From positions 26,786,001 to 26,850,000 of the forward strand of contig CM075988.1 of assembly GCA_038087875.1 (NCBI GenBank): a DNA stretch of 64,000 bases, read 5' to 3'. Made by a program: the position numbers and the translations under genes. Origin of the DNA: Malacoraja senta. Its lineage: Eukaryota. Positions 11,779 through 24,586 of the stretch are shown in pieces. Below the pieces are notes generated by a model. That model searched no databases, had not been told where the DNA came from, and saw only the letters and a program-made list of their open reading frames with translations. The first letter of the stretch is position 1; the number at the start of each line of letters is the position of its first letter.

Positions 11779-12685
11779 GGTGAGGTTCAACGAGACCTGG
11801 ATGTCCTTGTACATCAGTCACTGAAAGTAAGCATGCAGGTACAGCAGGAGGTGAAGAAAGCTAATGGCATGTTGGCCTTCATTGCAAGAGAATTTGAGTT
11901 TAGGCGCAAGGAGGTCCTACAGGGCCCTGGTGAGACCACGCCTGGAGTATTGTGTGCAGTTTTGGTCTCCTAATAGCAAGGACATCTTGATGAAAGAATG
12001 GATCGACTGAGCTTGTATTCACTGGAATTTCGATGGATGAGAGGGGATCTTATAGAAACATATAAAATTCTTAAGGTTTAAGAAGGAACTGCAGATGCTG
12101 GAAAATCGAAGGTAGACAAAAATGCTGGAGAAACTCAGTGGGTGAGGCAGCATCTATGGAGCAAAGGAAATAGGCAACGTTTCGGGTCGAAACCCTTCTT
12201 CAGACTGATGTGAGGGTTTCACATCAGTCTGAAGAAGGGTTTCGACCCGAAACGTTGCCTATTTCCTTCGCTCCATAGATGCTGCCTCACCCGCTGAGTT
12301 TCTCCAGCATTTTTGTCTACCTAAAATTCTTAAGGGATTGGACAGGCTAAATGCAGGAAAAATGTTCCCCATGTTGGGGGAGTCCAGAACCAGGGGTCAC
12401 AGTGTAATAATAAGGGGTAGACTATTTAGGACTGAGATGAGGAAAAACGTTTTCACCCAGAGAGTTGTAAATCTGTGGAATTCTCTGCCACAGAAGGCAG
12501 TGGAGGCCAATTCACTGGATGTTTTCAAGAGATAGTTAGCTTTTGGGGTTAACAGAATCAAGGGATATGGGGAGAAAGCAGGAACGGGATACTGATTTTG
12601 GATGATCAGCCATGATCATATTGAATGGCAGTGCTGGCTCGAAGGGCCGAATGGCCTACTCCTGCACCTATTGTCTATGTTTCTA
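11779..12685 (+). mobile_element. CR1/HER1-type LINE fragment, interrupted by a Penelope-derived insert
   Basis: RDLDVLV...VKKANGMLAFI; TRGHS..VVNLWNSLP. Confidence 0.85.
12077..12321. mobile_element. Palindromic Penelope-derived non-autonomous insertion nested in a CR1 LINE
   Basis: About 104-bp inverted arms (12110-12213 / 12219-12322); 14-bp TSD TAAAATTCTTAAGG. Confidence 0.88.
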
Positions 12686-13345
12686 ATAGAACACTGGTAC
12701 TATGTTAGGGGATGAGGAATGGTCAAATGTAGAGGGAAAATTTGTCAGCCCGCAACACAGAACAGACTGACCAATTCAGTTTAGTTTAGTTTATTGTCAC
12801 GTGTACCGAGGTACAATGAATATTTGTTGTTGCGTGCTAACCAGTCAGTGAAAAGACAATACATGATTACAATCGAGCCGTTTACAGTGTAATCAGAGGG
12901 TTGGTTAATGTGTGCAGTGTTGGCCATTGACACTCAACATCATGGTGCCATTTCCCCTCTCTCTGGTCTGATACTTTCAGTCTAAACAATCTCTGGTCAG
13001 TGAGAATGATTGATAATTCAGAATCCTCTCCTTGCCCTTAATGGTGGTTACAAAGTGTGTAGGTCATCTTATCAGTCTTGACTGTCCTTTATCTTGCACT
13101 AAACGTTATTCAGGCTATTCCCTTTATCGTATGTGTACACTGTGGACGTTTTGATGGTAATCATATATTGTCTTTCCGCTGTCTGGTTAGCACGCAACAA
13201 ACATCTTTTGACTGTACCTCGGTACACGTGACAATAAACTAAACTCGAGCTTAAAGTAGGGTTGAACAAGTCAAGTCTGATTATTTTGGTCCCTTTACCC
13301 ATTCTATTCGCCAGGCCTCGGGTACATTCCCACCGTGTCTTTCAG

Positions 13346-13460
13346 GTGTCATCGATCTGACTGGTGATGAAAAGGAGGACCTGCAAAAGGCGATCGCTCT
13401 GAGCCTGAGGGACAGCGACAAGAAGGAAAGTGGGACCGCCGAGAATCAGGACCCTGACCA
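13346..13460 (+). CDS. USP28: USP28 exon 4 (SIM VIDLT and UIM EDLQKAIALSL)
   Basis: ttcag acceptor, gtacgc donor, 115 nt, phases fit the neighbouring exons. Confidence 0.9.
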
Positions 13461-14221
13461 GTACGCATCCCCATACATATCCTTGACTAACATTGGCCTT
13501 GACGTCTGGCCTTGCGACTGCTATTCACGTGCATTTAAACGAATGTTGAAGGAGAATAGAACTCTGGGAACATGTGAGGGGATGTGGAACGGTCAAATGT
13601 GGAGGGAAATGGTCAGACCACGATACAGAACAGACAAACTTCATGAGGAACTGGGCATGATAGGGCAAGTTTTATCACAAGTAAAACATCGATTAGCAAA
13701 CATGGGAATATGGTGTTAATTTGGAGGAGATGTGATTGAAAGACAGGCAAGATTGGGAAGTCAGCATCCCATGATATAGAATCTTCAGACATAACGATGT
13801 GGGTGGGCGTTGGGCTGATGTCAAAGTGGAGGTGACTCTGTAATATTCATCAAGGGGTTCATTCCTGCAGTGAGTGGAGGAGATATCCGAGAAACCTCCT
13901 CAGATGAAGCAATGTACTTTAAGGCTAGAAACACAAATGCCAACTTTGTCAATCACTTTGATTTAAATCTTTGCTTCACAATGTTGTCATCTTTGCTAGT
14001 TTTACTGTTGAGATGCGATGCCTCAGTTTTTCCAGTAAGACAAGCATTGCCCTTGAGGTCTGGACTCTATCCCGTCCCCGAACACCACCCACTTCCACCG
14101 CTGTAGTTAAAGTAAAACGAAAAACCAGACACGTCTCTTTATGCAACTTGTTCCCATGTCTTTGACCATAACTTTGCTGGTGTTGACTGTAAGGTGATGG
14201 AATTGTCTCCTTGCTTCACAG

Positions 14222-14384
14222 AGCAGGGGATGTGAGTGAGGGTGAGAGTAAAGCTGGGTTGAAAAGAAGGAGATGTGAAGCCTGGGGGGATTCCCCCAAC
14301 CCACACGATCGCAGGCGGGACGACAAGTGGCCTGTGGGTCTCAAAAACGTGGGCAACACCTGCTGGTTCAGTGCTGTGATTCAG
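14222..14384 (+). CDS. USP28: USP28 exon 5, catalytic Cys box ([16 protein letters not shown]; Cys codon 14361-14363)
   Basis: USP Cys box visible in ORF track; cacag/gtaatg boundaries. Confidence 0.97.
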
Positions 14385-14404
14385 GTAATGGGTGTGTAAT
14401 TCAT

Positions 14405-14958
14405 GTGGGTCAGTGTGGGGGGAGGGGTGTCAGTGTGGGTGGGTCAATGGTCAGTGGGGGCGGTCAGTGTGGGGGGGTCAGTGTGGTTACTGGTCAGTGT
14501 GTGGGGGGGTCAGTGTGGTCACTGGTCAGTGTGGAGGGGGGGGGTCAGTGGTTACTGGTCAGTGTGGGGGGGGGGGTCAGTGTGGAGGGGGCAGTGTGGG
14601 CAGTTTTGGGGGGGTCAGTGTGGGCAGTGTGGGGTAGTCACTGGTCAGTGTGGGGTGGTCACTGGTCAGTGTGGGTGGGTCAGTGTGGTTACTGGTCAGT
14701 GTGGGGGGGGTCAGTGTGGGTGGGTCAGTGTGGAGGGGGCAGTGTGGGGGGGGGCAGTGTGGGTGGGTCAGTGTGGTTACTGGTCAGTGTGGGGGGGGTC
14801 AGTGTGGGTGGGTCAGTGTGGAGGGGGCAGTGTGGGGGTCAGTGTGGAGGGGGCAGTGTGGGGGTGTCAGTGTGGAGGGGGCAGTGTGGGGGGGTCAGTG
14901 TGGTCAGTGTGGGGTGGTCACTGGTCAGTGTGGGGTGGTCAGTGTGGGGGGGGGTCAG
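14405..14958 (+). repeat. G-rich minisatellite (GGTCAGTGTGGGG) in USP28 intron 5
   Basis: Seen directly in the sequence. Confidence 0.95.
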
Positions 14959-16537
14959 GTAATGAGCGTGTGATTCAGATAACAAGTGTGAGTGTTGAGC
15001 TGCATCCTAGCCAGTTGGATCACCCTGTGGTACCTTCCTGCCATCACAGTGCAATGGTAGTAATTACCGATGGTTATTTAGTGCCTTTACTAGAGAGGGA
15101 CCCAGGCCATTCTTATCTATTATGTTTCACCGACCTAAGATCCTGTGGGAAATGGAGCACACTGGCAGTGGCTTCACATTACTGGGTCTGAAGTAGATCC
15201 ACAGTTTCTGACTGTCGCATTGTTCTATAGCTTTGTGCATTTTGTTCATATCATGTCTCTAAACTAAACTTAAATCGGGCATAGACACAAAATGCTTCAG
15301 TCTGAAGGATCACGGTGAAACGTCACCCATTCCTTCTCTCCAGAGATGCTGCCTGCCCCGCTGAGTTACTCCAGCATTTTGTGTCTACCATTGATTTAAA
15401 CCAGCATCTGCAGTTCCTTCCTACACAAGATAACATAGCTGGCTTATTTGCTGGGAATCTAATCCATGCAACGATTAATTCTCTGATTTCTGACCAAGCT
15501 GGCCAAGAGAATGAAGGGGTCCAGAATTAAATTATAACTTGGCATCTCTGCTGTAATTTCTCTTTGAGTAGATGCCATGGTTCTGATTGGTATCAGGTGG
15601 CACTTAATGGCTTGAGGTGGAGCTTTCTCCAGCTCTTGTTTATCAGAACGGATGAGATCATTCCACAACCCCGTTAATGGAAACTAAATGCTTCAGAATA
15701 GGTTGGTGGAGTCACTTGATCCAGTCATGTCTCCCACACCCCCATTTTAAAATGCAGCTGTATAAAACCTTCTAAAGGCATGTACATTTATTGTTCGTCT
15801 TATCCCTTTAATTAACCCGCTTGACAAAATACTAAATTAACTGTTATAACTTTGCTGCATTGACTGAGTGGTAACTGAAGATTATCTGATGAATTCCCCA
15901 CCTTTCCCCACACATCCACTTCATCATTGTTATCTTTCACATTACTTCTCCATTTGGCCATTATTCTTTACCTAACTTAGCTCTTGTCTCTGGTTCCACC
16001 TCGCCTGCATTGTTTCTAGAATGTTCTCATTTCACTATCCCTAATCCGCACCGACCAGTGATCACCCCGTACACGAGCACTATCCTATACACTAGGGACA
16101 ATTTTCACCAAAGCCAATTAACCTACAAACCTGCAGGTCTTTGGCATGTGGGTGGAAACTGGAGCACCTGGAGAAAACCCACGCGTAAAACCCACCCTCG
16201 GTAAGGACATACAAACTCTGTACAGGCAGCACCCGTAGTCAGGAACAAGCCCGGGTCTCTGGCGTTGTGAGGCAGTAACTCTACTGCTGTGCCAGGGGAT
16301 GAACATTCCCAGCTAATTCAGCAAGTTTGGGTGGGGAACTGCTGAACGTGGAGCTTTCAGTAGTCAGTGTGAGAGAGTTTGTGATGAATGTCAGAAATGC
16401 AAGGCTCGCTTAGTTTTGCAGTGGTTAGAAATAAGGAGCAGCAAAAGATCATGAAATATTACCCGATTACAATCTGTGGGAGAGTTTCAGCTCCAATACG
16501 TTCTCGAGCTTTAACCTTCATGTATGTTTTGTTTCAG

Positions 16538-16624
16538 TCACTATTCCAACTGCCTGTGTTCCGTCGCCTTGTACTGAGCTACAAGGTGCCACAAAATCTA
16601 CACCAAACATGCAGAAGCCACACT
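16538..16624 (+). CDS. USP28: USP28 exon 6 (SLFQLPVFRRLVLSY...CRSHT)
   Basis: 87 nt, cag/gtaagt boundaries. Confidence 0.96.
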
Positions 16625-17076
16625 GTAAGTTCATGAAGGAATAGTAAAGATTGCAATAATGGTTCACAAACTACTTTATGTGGGGGTGGAGAGGGTGCGT
16701 AGACCTGTGAGGAAGAACAACAGGTTACGTTGTTAATGACGATGCTTAACCCGCTGGCTACAATGGGTTGATTCTTTGCCTTACAATGTATAAGGACTGT
16801 AAGATATAGAGAGAAGGCTGAAGAGTAGCAAACTTTAAATTGTAAAGGTATTTGGTACAGCTGAGCAGAAGATGATGTTTCCATATTGATGTGACAAGTT
16901 TGACATAGAAACTAAAATAGTCAATGGTTATTCCAAAAACGGAGTTGGCAAGATTCTTTCCTTCAGAGGGAATATTGAAACAATATTCCTTCGCTGTATA
17001 TACAGTTGTATACTGTATATACAGTTGTATACTGTATATACAACACATACAGTACATGTAATGTATTCTACATTCG

Positions 17077-17405
17077 GAAGGTAGACAAAAATGCTGGAGA
17101 AACTCAGCGGGTGAGGCAGCATCTATGGAACGAAGGAATAGGTGACGTTTCTGGTCGAGACCCTTCTTCAGACTGATGTGGGGGTGGGGGGAGGGGAGGA
17201 AGAAGAAAAGAAGAGGCGGAGACAGTGGGCTGAGGGAAAGCTGGGAAGGGGAGGGGAAGGAGGGAGAAAGCAGGGACTACCTGAAATTGGAGGTCAATGT
17301 TCATACTGCTGGGGTGTAAACTACCCAAGCGAAATATGAGGTGCCGTTCCTCCAATTTGCGGTGGGACTCACTCTGGCCATGGAGGAGGCCCAGGACAGA
17401 AAGGT
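17077..17405 (-). mobile_element. Penelope-like element 3' fragment
   Basis: EERHLIFRLGSLHPSSMNID plus the same terminal repeat. Confidence 0.8.
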
Positions 17406-18778
17406 CACCAGCAGGCCGCAGCCATCACCTTAAATTTCGTCTACTCTACATTAGGATGTCGAATATCTGCCAGTGGCATCAAGCAATGGAGGCAGATACA
17501 TAGTTGTCATGTGGGGAAGTTGCATGAACCACGAGAGAAGGGAGTGAAGAGTAACTTGGACAGAGTGAGGAAAGAGGAATGAGGGGAGATTTCTGGGCAG
17601 CGTTAACACCAATATGGTGTTGGGCCAAATGTTCATGGTGCATTCAATGAAATAAAGTATTGATTAGTCAACATTAGAAACTCCTTTAGTCAGATGGAAT
17701 AGTCCCCTGGTTCTGTATCAAGAGGAAGAATGAGAACATTACCGACCATTCTTTTCATAGCATCTCTAATAGCCAATGTAACAACCAATATCCTTGCTTT
17801 TCCTCATGAGACTTTAATGTAATGTCCACTGAGGTTTTTTTGAAAAAATCAAAAACGTTTAATATATTTTTAATGTGTTAGTCAGAATCGCATGTTTTGG
17901 AAAGCTGCATTAGTACAGTGATAATGAATATTTTATTGCATTCTAGGAATTGTTTTATTTGTAAAGAAGAATGAGTAAAATTATTTGGATGTTATCAAAG
18001 TTATTTATCAATGTATCAAGATTTAGTGGAGGAAAGAACTGCAGATGCTGGTTTAAATCGAAGATAGGCATAAAATGCTGGAGTAACTCAGCGGGACAGG
18101 CAGACTGAAGAAGTCTGAAGAGGGTCTCGACTCGAAACATCATCCATTCCTTCTATCCGGGGTTGCCCTGTCCCGCTGAGTTACTCCAGCATCTTGTGTC
18201 TATGGATATTTTGCATGTTCTCAACCCACTGTATGAAAACATTTCACTATATTTCAGTCCTTAATAGCTGATCCTTTATATCAGGGTAGAGTTCTAAACT
18301 ATTCAGCTTCCTAACATAGTCTTTCAGCATTTTGGTCATTTTCATACTGAAGGAGTATTACCTATTTTTTTGTTTTGAATTCTTTGTAATGAAACCACCT
18401 ACCCTATTTTAAAATCACGATCCTAATTTAACAAAGTGAGAAATTGCGTTTGTTCAGACCTCTTTTCAATTGGGATCGCTCTTTGTTGCCATTCTGTGAC
18501 CCTTCGCCAGTTATTAGACTTTCTGTTTCTGGTGAAAAAATGAACGCAGTCACCAGGAATGAACACGGGATTAAATGTTAGAAGGTAAATTGTTTGCATC
18601 ACTCCTCAGTGACAACAGATTAACTCACTACATTTGGAGCCCTCCTGCTCTTTGGACATGGTTCATTTTGGAGAACATGTCATGGCGGTCTCTAGCAATG
18701 TTGAGCAGTTAATCTAGCCACTCTTGGAGAATGTATTCAGTCTGGGGAACACCTTTAAATGTGTTATTCCTCAACCAG

Positions 18779-18916
18779 GAGCTGCGAAACTTGGCCTTCA
18801 TGCAGGAACTGCGCTGCCTGTTTGCATTGATGGTTGCCTCCATGCGCAAGTACGTTGATCCATCAAGTGCAGTAGAACTCCTGAAAGATGCATTTCGGTC
18901 GAGTGAAGCACAACAG
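18779..18916 (+). CDS. USP28: USP28 exon 7 ([18 protein letters not shown]...EAQQ)
   Basis: 138 nt, cag/gtgagt boundaries. Confidence 0.96.
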
Positions 18917-19049
18917 GTGAGTCTAGGAATCACAGTTTCTCCAAAATTATAGAAACAACGTCGGCAATGGCAGATAGAGTGACTAATTAAACACAAGTTA
19001 TAACTGCTGGTAAATGTGGAAAATGTTGGAATGGTTTGGTGAACTGTAA

Positions 19050-19485
19050 CATGCGCCTCTACTTCCTGAGAACATTACGGAAAGTCGGTATGTCAAGGAG
19101 GACTCTCTCGAACTTCTACAGGTGCACAGTAGAGAGTATGCTGACCGGTTGCATCGTAGCTTGGTACGGCAACCTGAGCGTCCAGGAGCGGAAAAGGCTG
19201 CAAAATGTAGTAAACACTGACCAGTCCATCATCGGCTCTGACCTCCCTACCATCGAGGGGATCTATCGCAGTCGCTGCCTCAAAAAGTTCTGCCAGCATC
19301 ATCAAGGACCCACACCATCCGGGCCACACACTCATCTCTCCGCTGCCATCAGGTAGAAGGTACAGGAGCCTGAAATCTGCAACATCCAGGTTCAGGAATA
19401 GCTACTTCCCCACAGCCATCAGGCTATTAAACACAACTTCAAACAAACTATGAACTATAGCAGCCTATTGCACTTTATCTGTTTA

Positions 19486-19516
<31 letters not shown>

Positions 19517-19529
19517 GTGTGTGTGTGTG

Positions 19530-19563
<34 letters not shown>

Positions 19564-19695
19564 TAATTCTATGGTACATGGACACACTGATCTGATCTGT
19601 ATTTATGCCTACAATACTCTGTTGTGCTGCAGCAAGCAAGAATTTCATTGTCCTATCTGGGACACATGACAATAAACTCTCTTGACTTGACTTGA
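19050..19695 (+). mobile_element. Rex1/Babar-type LINE fragment with internal (TG)/(TA) microsatellite
   Basis: RLYFLR...NFYRCTVESMLTGCI, frameshifted; (GACTT)n tail. Confidence 0.88.
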
Positions 19696-19774
19696 ACTTT
19701 CCCTGTGGACTTGCCACAGTCACTGATGTTTCAGGAGCTGTTCTACCACTCATATGATTAATGTTTGACCACAG

Positions 19775-19821
<47 letters not shown>

Positions 19822-20296
19822 GTGTGTCGTACTGTTAAACGGTGCAGTACATGTGATGTTTCCCTTTGGCTGAGACGTGGACTATGATCCTATTTGTTCC
19901 TGTTAGCAGTTCAGTTGAGTATTACCATGTATTAATATTTTCAACATGTAGGTGTAATGAGCTTGTTTAGGTTGGGATATCAGTGCTGGGATTGTCCTCC
20001 ATATATTTTGCCAGTTTCACAAAGATTGGAAAAGTTTCTTCTTTGAATCATGAAATTAAGGGATTGAATCCAAACGGGATTCTGTTCACTTACTTTAGGC
20101 CAACGGACCCGTGCAACAGAGGGATGCTGTGTTGTCAGATGTGTTCTCACAGGTCCCATCTTGCATTGATGTTCATGTTGGAAGCAGCTGGGTTGCGTTG
20201 AGTAATTGTGAAGATGAGATGAGATGAACTGCAGAGCGTTTGTGTGGTCTAGCCTCTTAATGATGTGTCACTACACCTGTCTCTTCTCTTCACCAG

Positions 20297-20367
20297 GATG
20301 TGAGCGAGTTCACACACAAACTGTTGGATTGGTTGGAGGATGCTTTCCAGTTGACGGCAAGTCCCAA
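20297..20367 (+). CDS. USP28: USP28 exon 8 ([19 protein letters not shown])
   Basis: 71 nt, cag/gtaagt; completes the QQD box. Confidence 0.95.
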
Positions 20368-20501
20368 GTAAGTTCAGCTCCATGCACCTGAATGCTCACT
20401 GTACGTGAAGGCCCTCAGCAGACGAGCTTGCAGACATCAGATTCTGCTTCAATAGACCTTGTATTTAAAATGAAAATAAGAATGGGAATACCATAATCAT
20501 G

Positions 20502-20762
20502 CTTTAGTTTAGAGATACAGCGCAGAAACAGACCCTACGGCCCACCGAGTCCCCGCCGACCAGCGATCCTCCCACGCTAACACTATCCTACACACCAGGG
20601 ACAATTTACAATTAAACCAAGCTAATTAATCTACAAACCTGTGCATCTTTGGAATGTGGGAGGAAACCGGAGATCTCGGAGAAAACCCACCCGTAGTGAG
20701 GATCGAACCTGGGTTTCTGGTGCTGTAAGGAGCAACTTTACCGCTGCGCCACTGTGCCACCC
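20502..20762 (-). mobile_element. tRNA-derived SINE (HE1-like), near full length
   Basis: Minus-strand GGTGGCACAGTGGCGCAGCGG...GGTTCGATCC A/B boxes and (AAACT)n tail. Confidence 0.8.
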
Positions 20763-21012
20763 CTGCTCTTATCTACAATAATTTTTCAAAATTATTAAGA
20801 AGATTGGTACAGATTTCATCGGGGACATAGTGCAGTTTCTTTACTGTTGGGATCAACTTTACAAAGCTTCTCCATGTTTATAATCAATACCGCCCTTTGG
20901 CACATCACATCCAGTTAGAAAGATGGCCGTTCATCAATACTATCCACTGCCGGCCACTTGACCAATAATATTCAGGTTCTCACTGTTCCTTCAATCCCAT
21001 TGATTCCTTTTA

Positions 21013-21742
21013 TCATAAGACATAGAAGTAGAATTAGGCCATTCGGCCCATCGTGTTTACTCCACCATTCAATCACGGCTGATCTATCTTACCATGACAA
21101 ACTCATTCTCCCGCCTTCTTCCTGTAACCTTTGACACTCTTACTAATCAAGAATCTATCAATCTCTGCTTTAAAAATACCTAAAGACTTGACCTCCACAG
21201 CCATCTGTGGCAAAGAATTCCACAGATTCACCACCTAAAGAAATTCCTCCTCATTTCCTTTCCAACTGAACGCCCTTGAATTCTGAGGCTCTGCCCTCTG
21301 TTCCTGGACTCTCCCACTAGTGGAAGCATCTTCTCCACATCCACTCTATCCAAGCCTTTCACTCGTCGGTAAGTTTCACGGAGATTCTACCTCATCCTTC
21401 TAAACTCCAGCGAGTATGTGGAGAGGATGTTTCCACTAGTGGGAGAGTCTAGGACTAGAGGTAACAGCCTCAAAATTAAAGGACGTTCTTTCAGGAAGGA
21501 GATGAGGAGAAATTTCTTTAATCAGAGGGTGATGAATCTGTGAAATTCTTTGCCACAGAAAGTTGTGGAGGCCAAGTCAATGGATATTTTTAAGGCAGGG
21601 ACAGATAGATTCTAGATTATGTTATGGGAAGAAGGCAGGAGAATGGGGTTAGGAGGGAGAGATAGATCAGCCATGATTGAATGACGGAGTAGACTTGATG
21701 GGCCGAATGACCTAATTCTGCTCCTATCACCTATGACCTTAT
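21013..21742. mobile_element. Two CR1/HER1 3' ends in opposite orientation, the + copy nested in the - copy
   Basis: Minus copy 21013-21415, plus copy about 21416-21742 flanked by GAGTA; the minus copy resumes at 21743. Confidence 0.8.
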
Positions 21743-21880
21743 GAGTACAGGCCCAGAACCATCAAACTTCCCAGTGCCTGTTGCAAGATTTTGTCACTTA
21801 TTTTGCATTTTCTCTCAATAAATCTTTTGAAAGAAATCTCTTGAATGTGCTGAAACATATTTATATTTTATATCCTACAG

Positions 21881-21957
21881 AAATTTACACAAAAAGACTC
21901 AAAATCCAATGGTGGAACTCTTCTATGGAACATTTTTGGCTGAAGGCATTCATGATG
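21881..21957 (+). CDS. USP28: USP28 exon 9 (NPMVELFYGTFLAEG)
   Basis: 77 nt, cag/gtatgg boundaries. Confidence 0.95.
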
Positions 21958-22574
21958 GTATGGAATCCATGATTTCCATAATTTAACTAATTTCATTTAT
22001 TCTGTGATTTCTTTATGAATTGCTTGTAATTGACTGATCCTTGACTGCTGGGAGACCAAAGGCTGTAAATCGCATCCAGTGGGCTGATCATTTACAAGAG
22101 CTTCTGTCTCTTTTGGTTATAAGCATCTTTTGGCAGATGCCTTTGACACAGGTACAGGAGGCCATGTGGGACCCTCTACATATTGCCTGAGGAAACGTTC
22201 CTGAACAATGTGACAAATTCTGCCCTGTTTTTAATCTTTTCAACTATGACAGTCTCAATCAATGTTGGGAAAGTTAAAATCTCCTACTGTGATAACCTTA
22301 TTAGTCCTGCAGCTGCCTGCAATCTCCTGACATTTGCTCGACTAACTCTTTGATGGCCTGTAGTACACTCCCATCAAGGTGACCCATAAATTATTTTATT
22401 TCTCAGCTCCACCCATACAGCCTCACTGGACGAACATCAGTAATGTTGTCTCTACTACATTGCCATTGAAATCTGAGCTTTTGAGTGTTTCTCTAAGTGC
22501 ATGTTGCCGCTCTGTTGCGTCAACTGTGCTTCATGAAGCCACGTTAGAGCCGTTTTTTCCTGTCACTTTTACAG

Positions 22575-22723
22575 GCAAGATGTTCTCCAATATTGAAACG
22601 TTTGGGCAGTATCCTCTTCAAGTTAATGGTTTTGACGATCTCCACGAGTGCCTCGAAGGAGCCATGGTGGTCGGAGAGATTGAGACACTGCATTCTGATC
22701 AGTCCGTCAGATCTGGCCAAGAG
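22575..22723 (+). CDS. USP28: USP28 exon 10 ([24 protein letters not shown]...SGQE)
   Basis: 149 nt, cag/gtgaga boundaries. Confidence 0.96.
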
Positions 22724-23242
22724 GTGAGAAGGAGAGAGGAACAGTGGTGCTGCACACGCCTGCCCCTCGTTGCACTGCAGTTATACTTGTATTCAAGGCA
22801 GGGGGGAACAAAGCATCTGGTGAATTGAGGAAACCTCTGGCTAACTTCTTCCTCTGTTTTTTGTGGGCAAATATTGGAAGATGCCAACAGTTTGGTTAAT
22901 GATCCAAAATCTTCTCTTCTATCTTGGAAATAACAGCAGAAGCACAAAACTGGGGCCTTCCAGGACCTGGGCTTCCTCCCCACTCCCACTGCTCGCCCTG
23001 AACTTGTCACCCATAACTGACCACTCACTTCATTGCTATGCTGAAGGATCTTGTCAAAGGAGCACGAGATATGTTTGCAAAACAGTAGTGATTCCGTTTT
23101 ATTTGAGAGATGGAAATCAATATCAGTGCTCTAGATCTCTTCTTCCCAACCTTCCAGATTATTCCATGAACCAACAAGTTTCCCACGAGCAGAAGTCCAC
23201 ATGAAAACCGTTGTGTATTTATCTCTGCCTTTCCTTTTACAG

Positions 23243-23370
23243 AACTGGTTTACAAAACTGCCTCCTGTATTGACCTTTGAACTCTCTAGATTTGAGTTCA
23301 ATCAGTCCTTGGGAAGGCCAGAAAAAATCCACAAGAAACTGGAATTTCCTGGCATTGTTTATATGGACAG
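23243..23370 (+). CDS. USP28: USP28 exon 11 ([36 protein letters not shown])
   Basis: 128 nt, cag/gtgagt boundaries. Confidence 0.97.
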
Positions 23371-23737
23371 GTGAGTTCCACCAGTGTCAGTGCGATGTCT
23401 TCATGGAGAATTGATGACTGTTGGAAATTAAACAAAAATCACAGAGGGGCATCTGTGTGAGTAAAACAACAAGACACTGGAGAAACTTCCAGTCAGGCAA
23501 CATCTATGGAGAGAAATGGATAAATGACCTTTCCAATTGGGAGCCTTCTTCAGACTAATGGAACAGTCCTGACCCAAAGATCACCTGTCCATTTTCTCAG
23601 CAGATGTTGCCTGCCATCATGATCCAGGACAGGGGCAAGATTTAAAGGAACATAGATTGTAATTGTCGTTTTGGTCGCTTGGCAGTGACAATCCGCAGGC
23701 ATTGCATAGTCTTCACCTTCTGCGTGTGTGTCCGTAG

Positions 23738-23833
23738 GTACCTACACAAGAACAAGGAGCTTACCCGCAGCAGAAGGGAAGAGGTGAAGAAGCTGAAAGA
23801 ACAATCAACGGTCCTCCAGCAGCGATTGGAGAG
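23738..23833 (+). CDS. USP28: USP28 exon 12 (start of the coiled-coil insertion)
   Basis: 96 nt, tag/gttact; [32 protein letters not shown]. Confidence 0.94.
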
Positions 23834-23962
23834 GTTACTGCCTTCATTTATTCTTAATACGTAGACCATTTGGCTTGTTGAGTCTATCCTAACTCCCAGA
23901 GGAATACCATCAATCCCCATGTTATTTTCCTGTATTCTATTGACTCACTCATGCCTATTAAC

Positions 23963-23994
<32 letters not shown>

Positions 23995-24586
23995 GGGGTT
24001 ACAGATGATCAGACTAGAATGAATACTGTTGATGGTGATTATGAACGCTTAATATATTCAGATGATGTCCTCATGATTTACAGGGGGTGTCAACTAAATT
24101 GGTTTCATTAGTATATCACAAGTTGTGCAGAGGCTGGAGTTAATGCAGGGTAACATTGATGTGAATGATCATCAGAGAACCGGTCAGAGAATGGACAAAA
24201 GTTGAGAAACTGGGTGAAAAGAAAAATAAATGGTGATCGAATAGAGAGCAGAGTGACTGAAGCAAAGATCAGAAAGCAAAGATGATTCACTTTTAATTTA
24301 CTCGATTTCCACTAGATTAATCGTAAAACATGTTTTGCAGCTTAATTTTTGAATTGGAATTATTGTAAATGGCAAGAGACCGCTTACCAATTAAATCTGT
24401 TTGCTTTGTTTAATGAGCCTGCAGTGTGCAAACTGTTTATATATAATAATATTTCCTTCATGATTAACATTGTCAACACTAAGAGGAATAATCCAGCTTC
24501 TCACAGTGTAACTGAATAGCCACATTGTAGCTTCCTACCAAGGAACATCACTCTCCTAAACGTTGACATCCTTCCCCAAGTTAACA

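Noticed and set aside
13871..13913. Possible extra exon (VSGGDIRE resembles exon 3 ISGGDINQ)
   Set aside because: In the phase required after exon 4 it hits a stop, the donor is weak and the similarity is short
14327..15191. Overlapping Gly/Val/Trp/Cys-rich ORFs
   Set aside because: Artefacts of the intron 5 minisatellite
20700..20762. tRNA-like A/B boxes read as tRNA genes
   Set aside because: They are SINE heads followed by SINE body and tail
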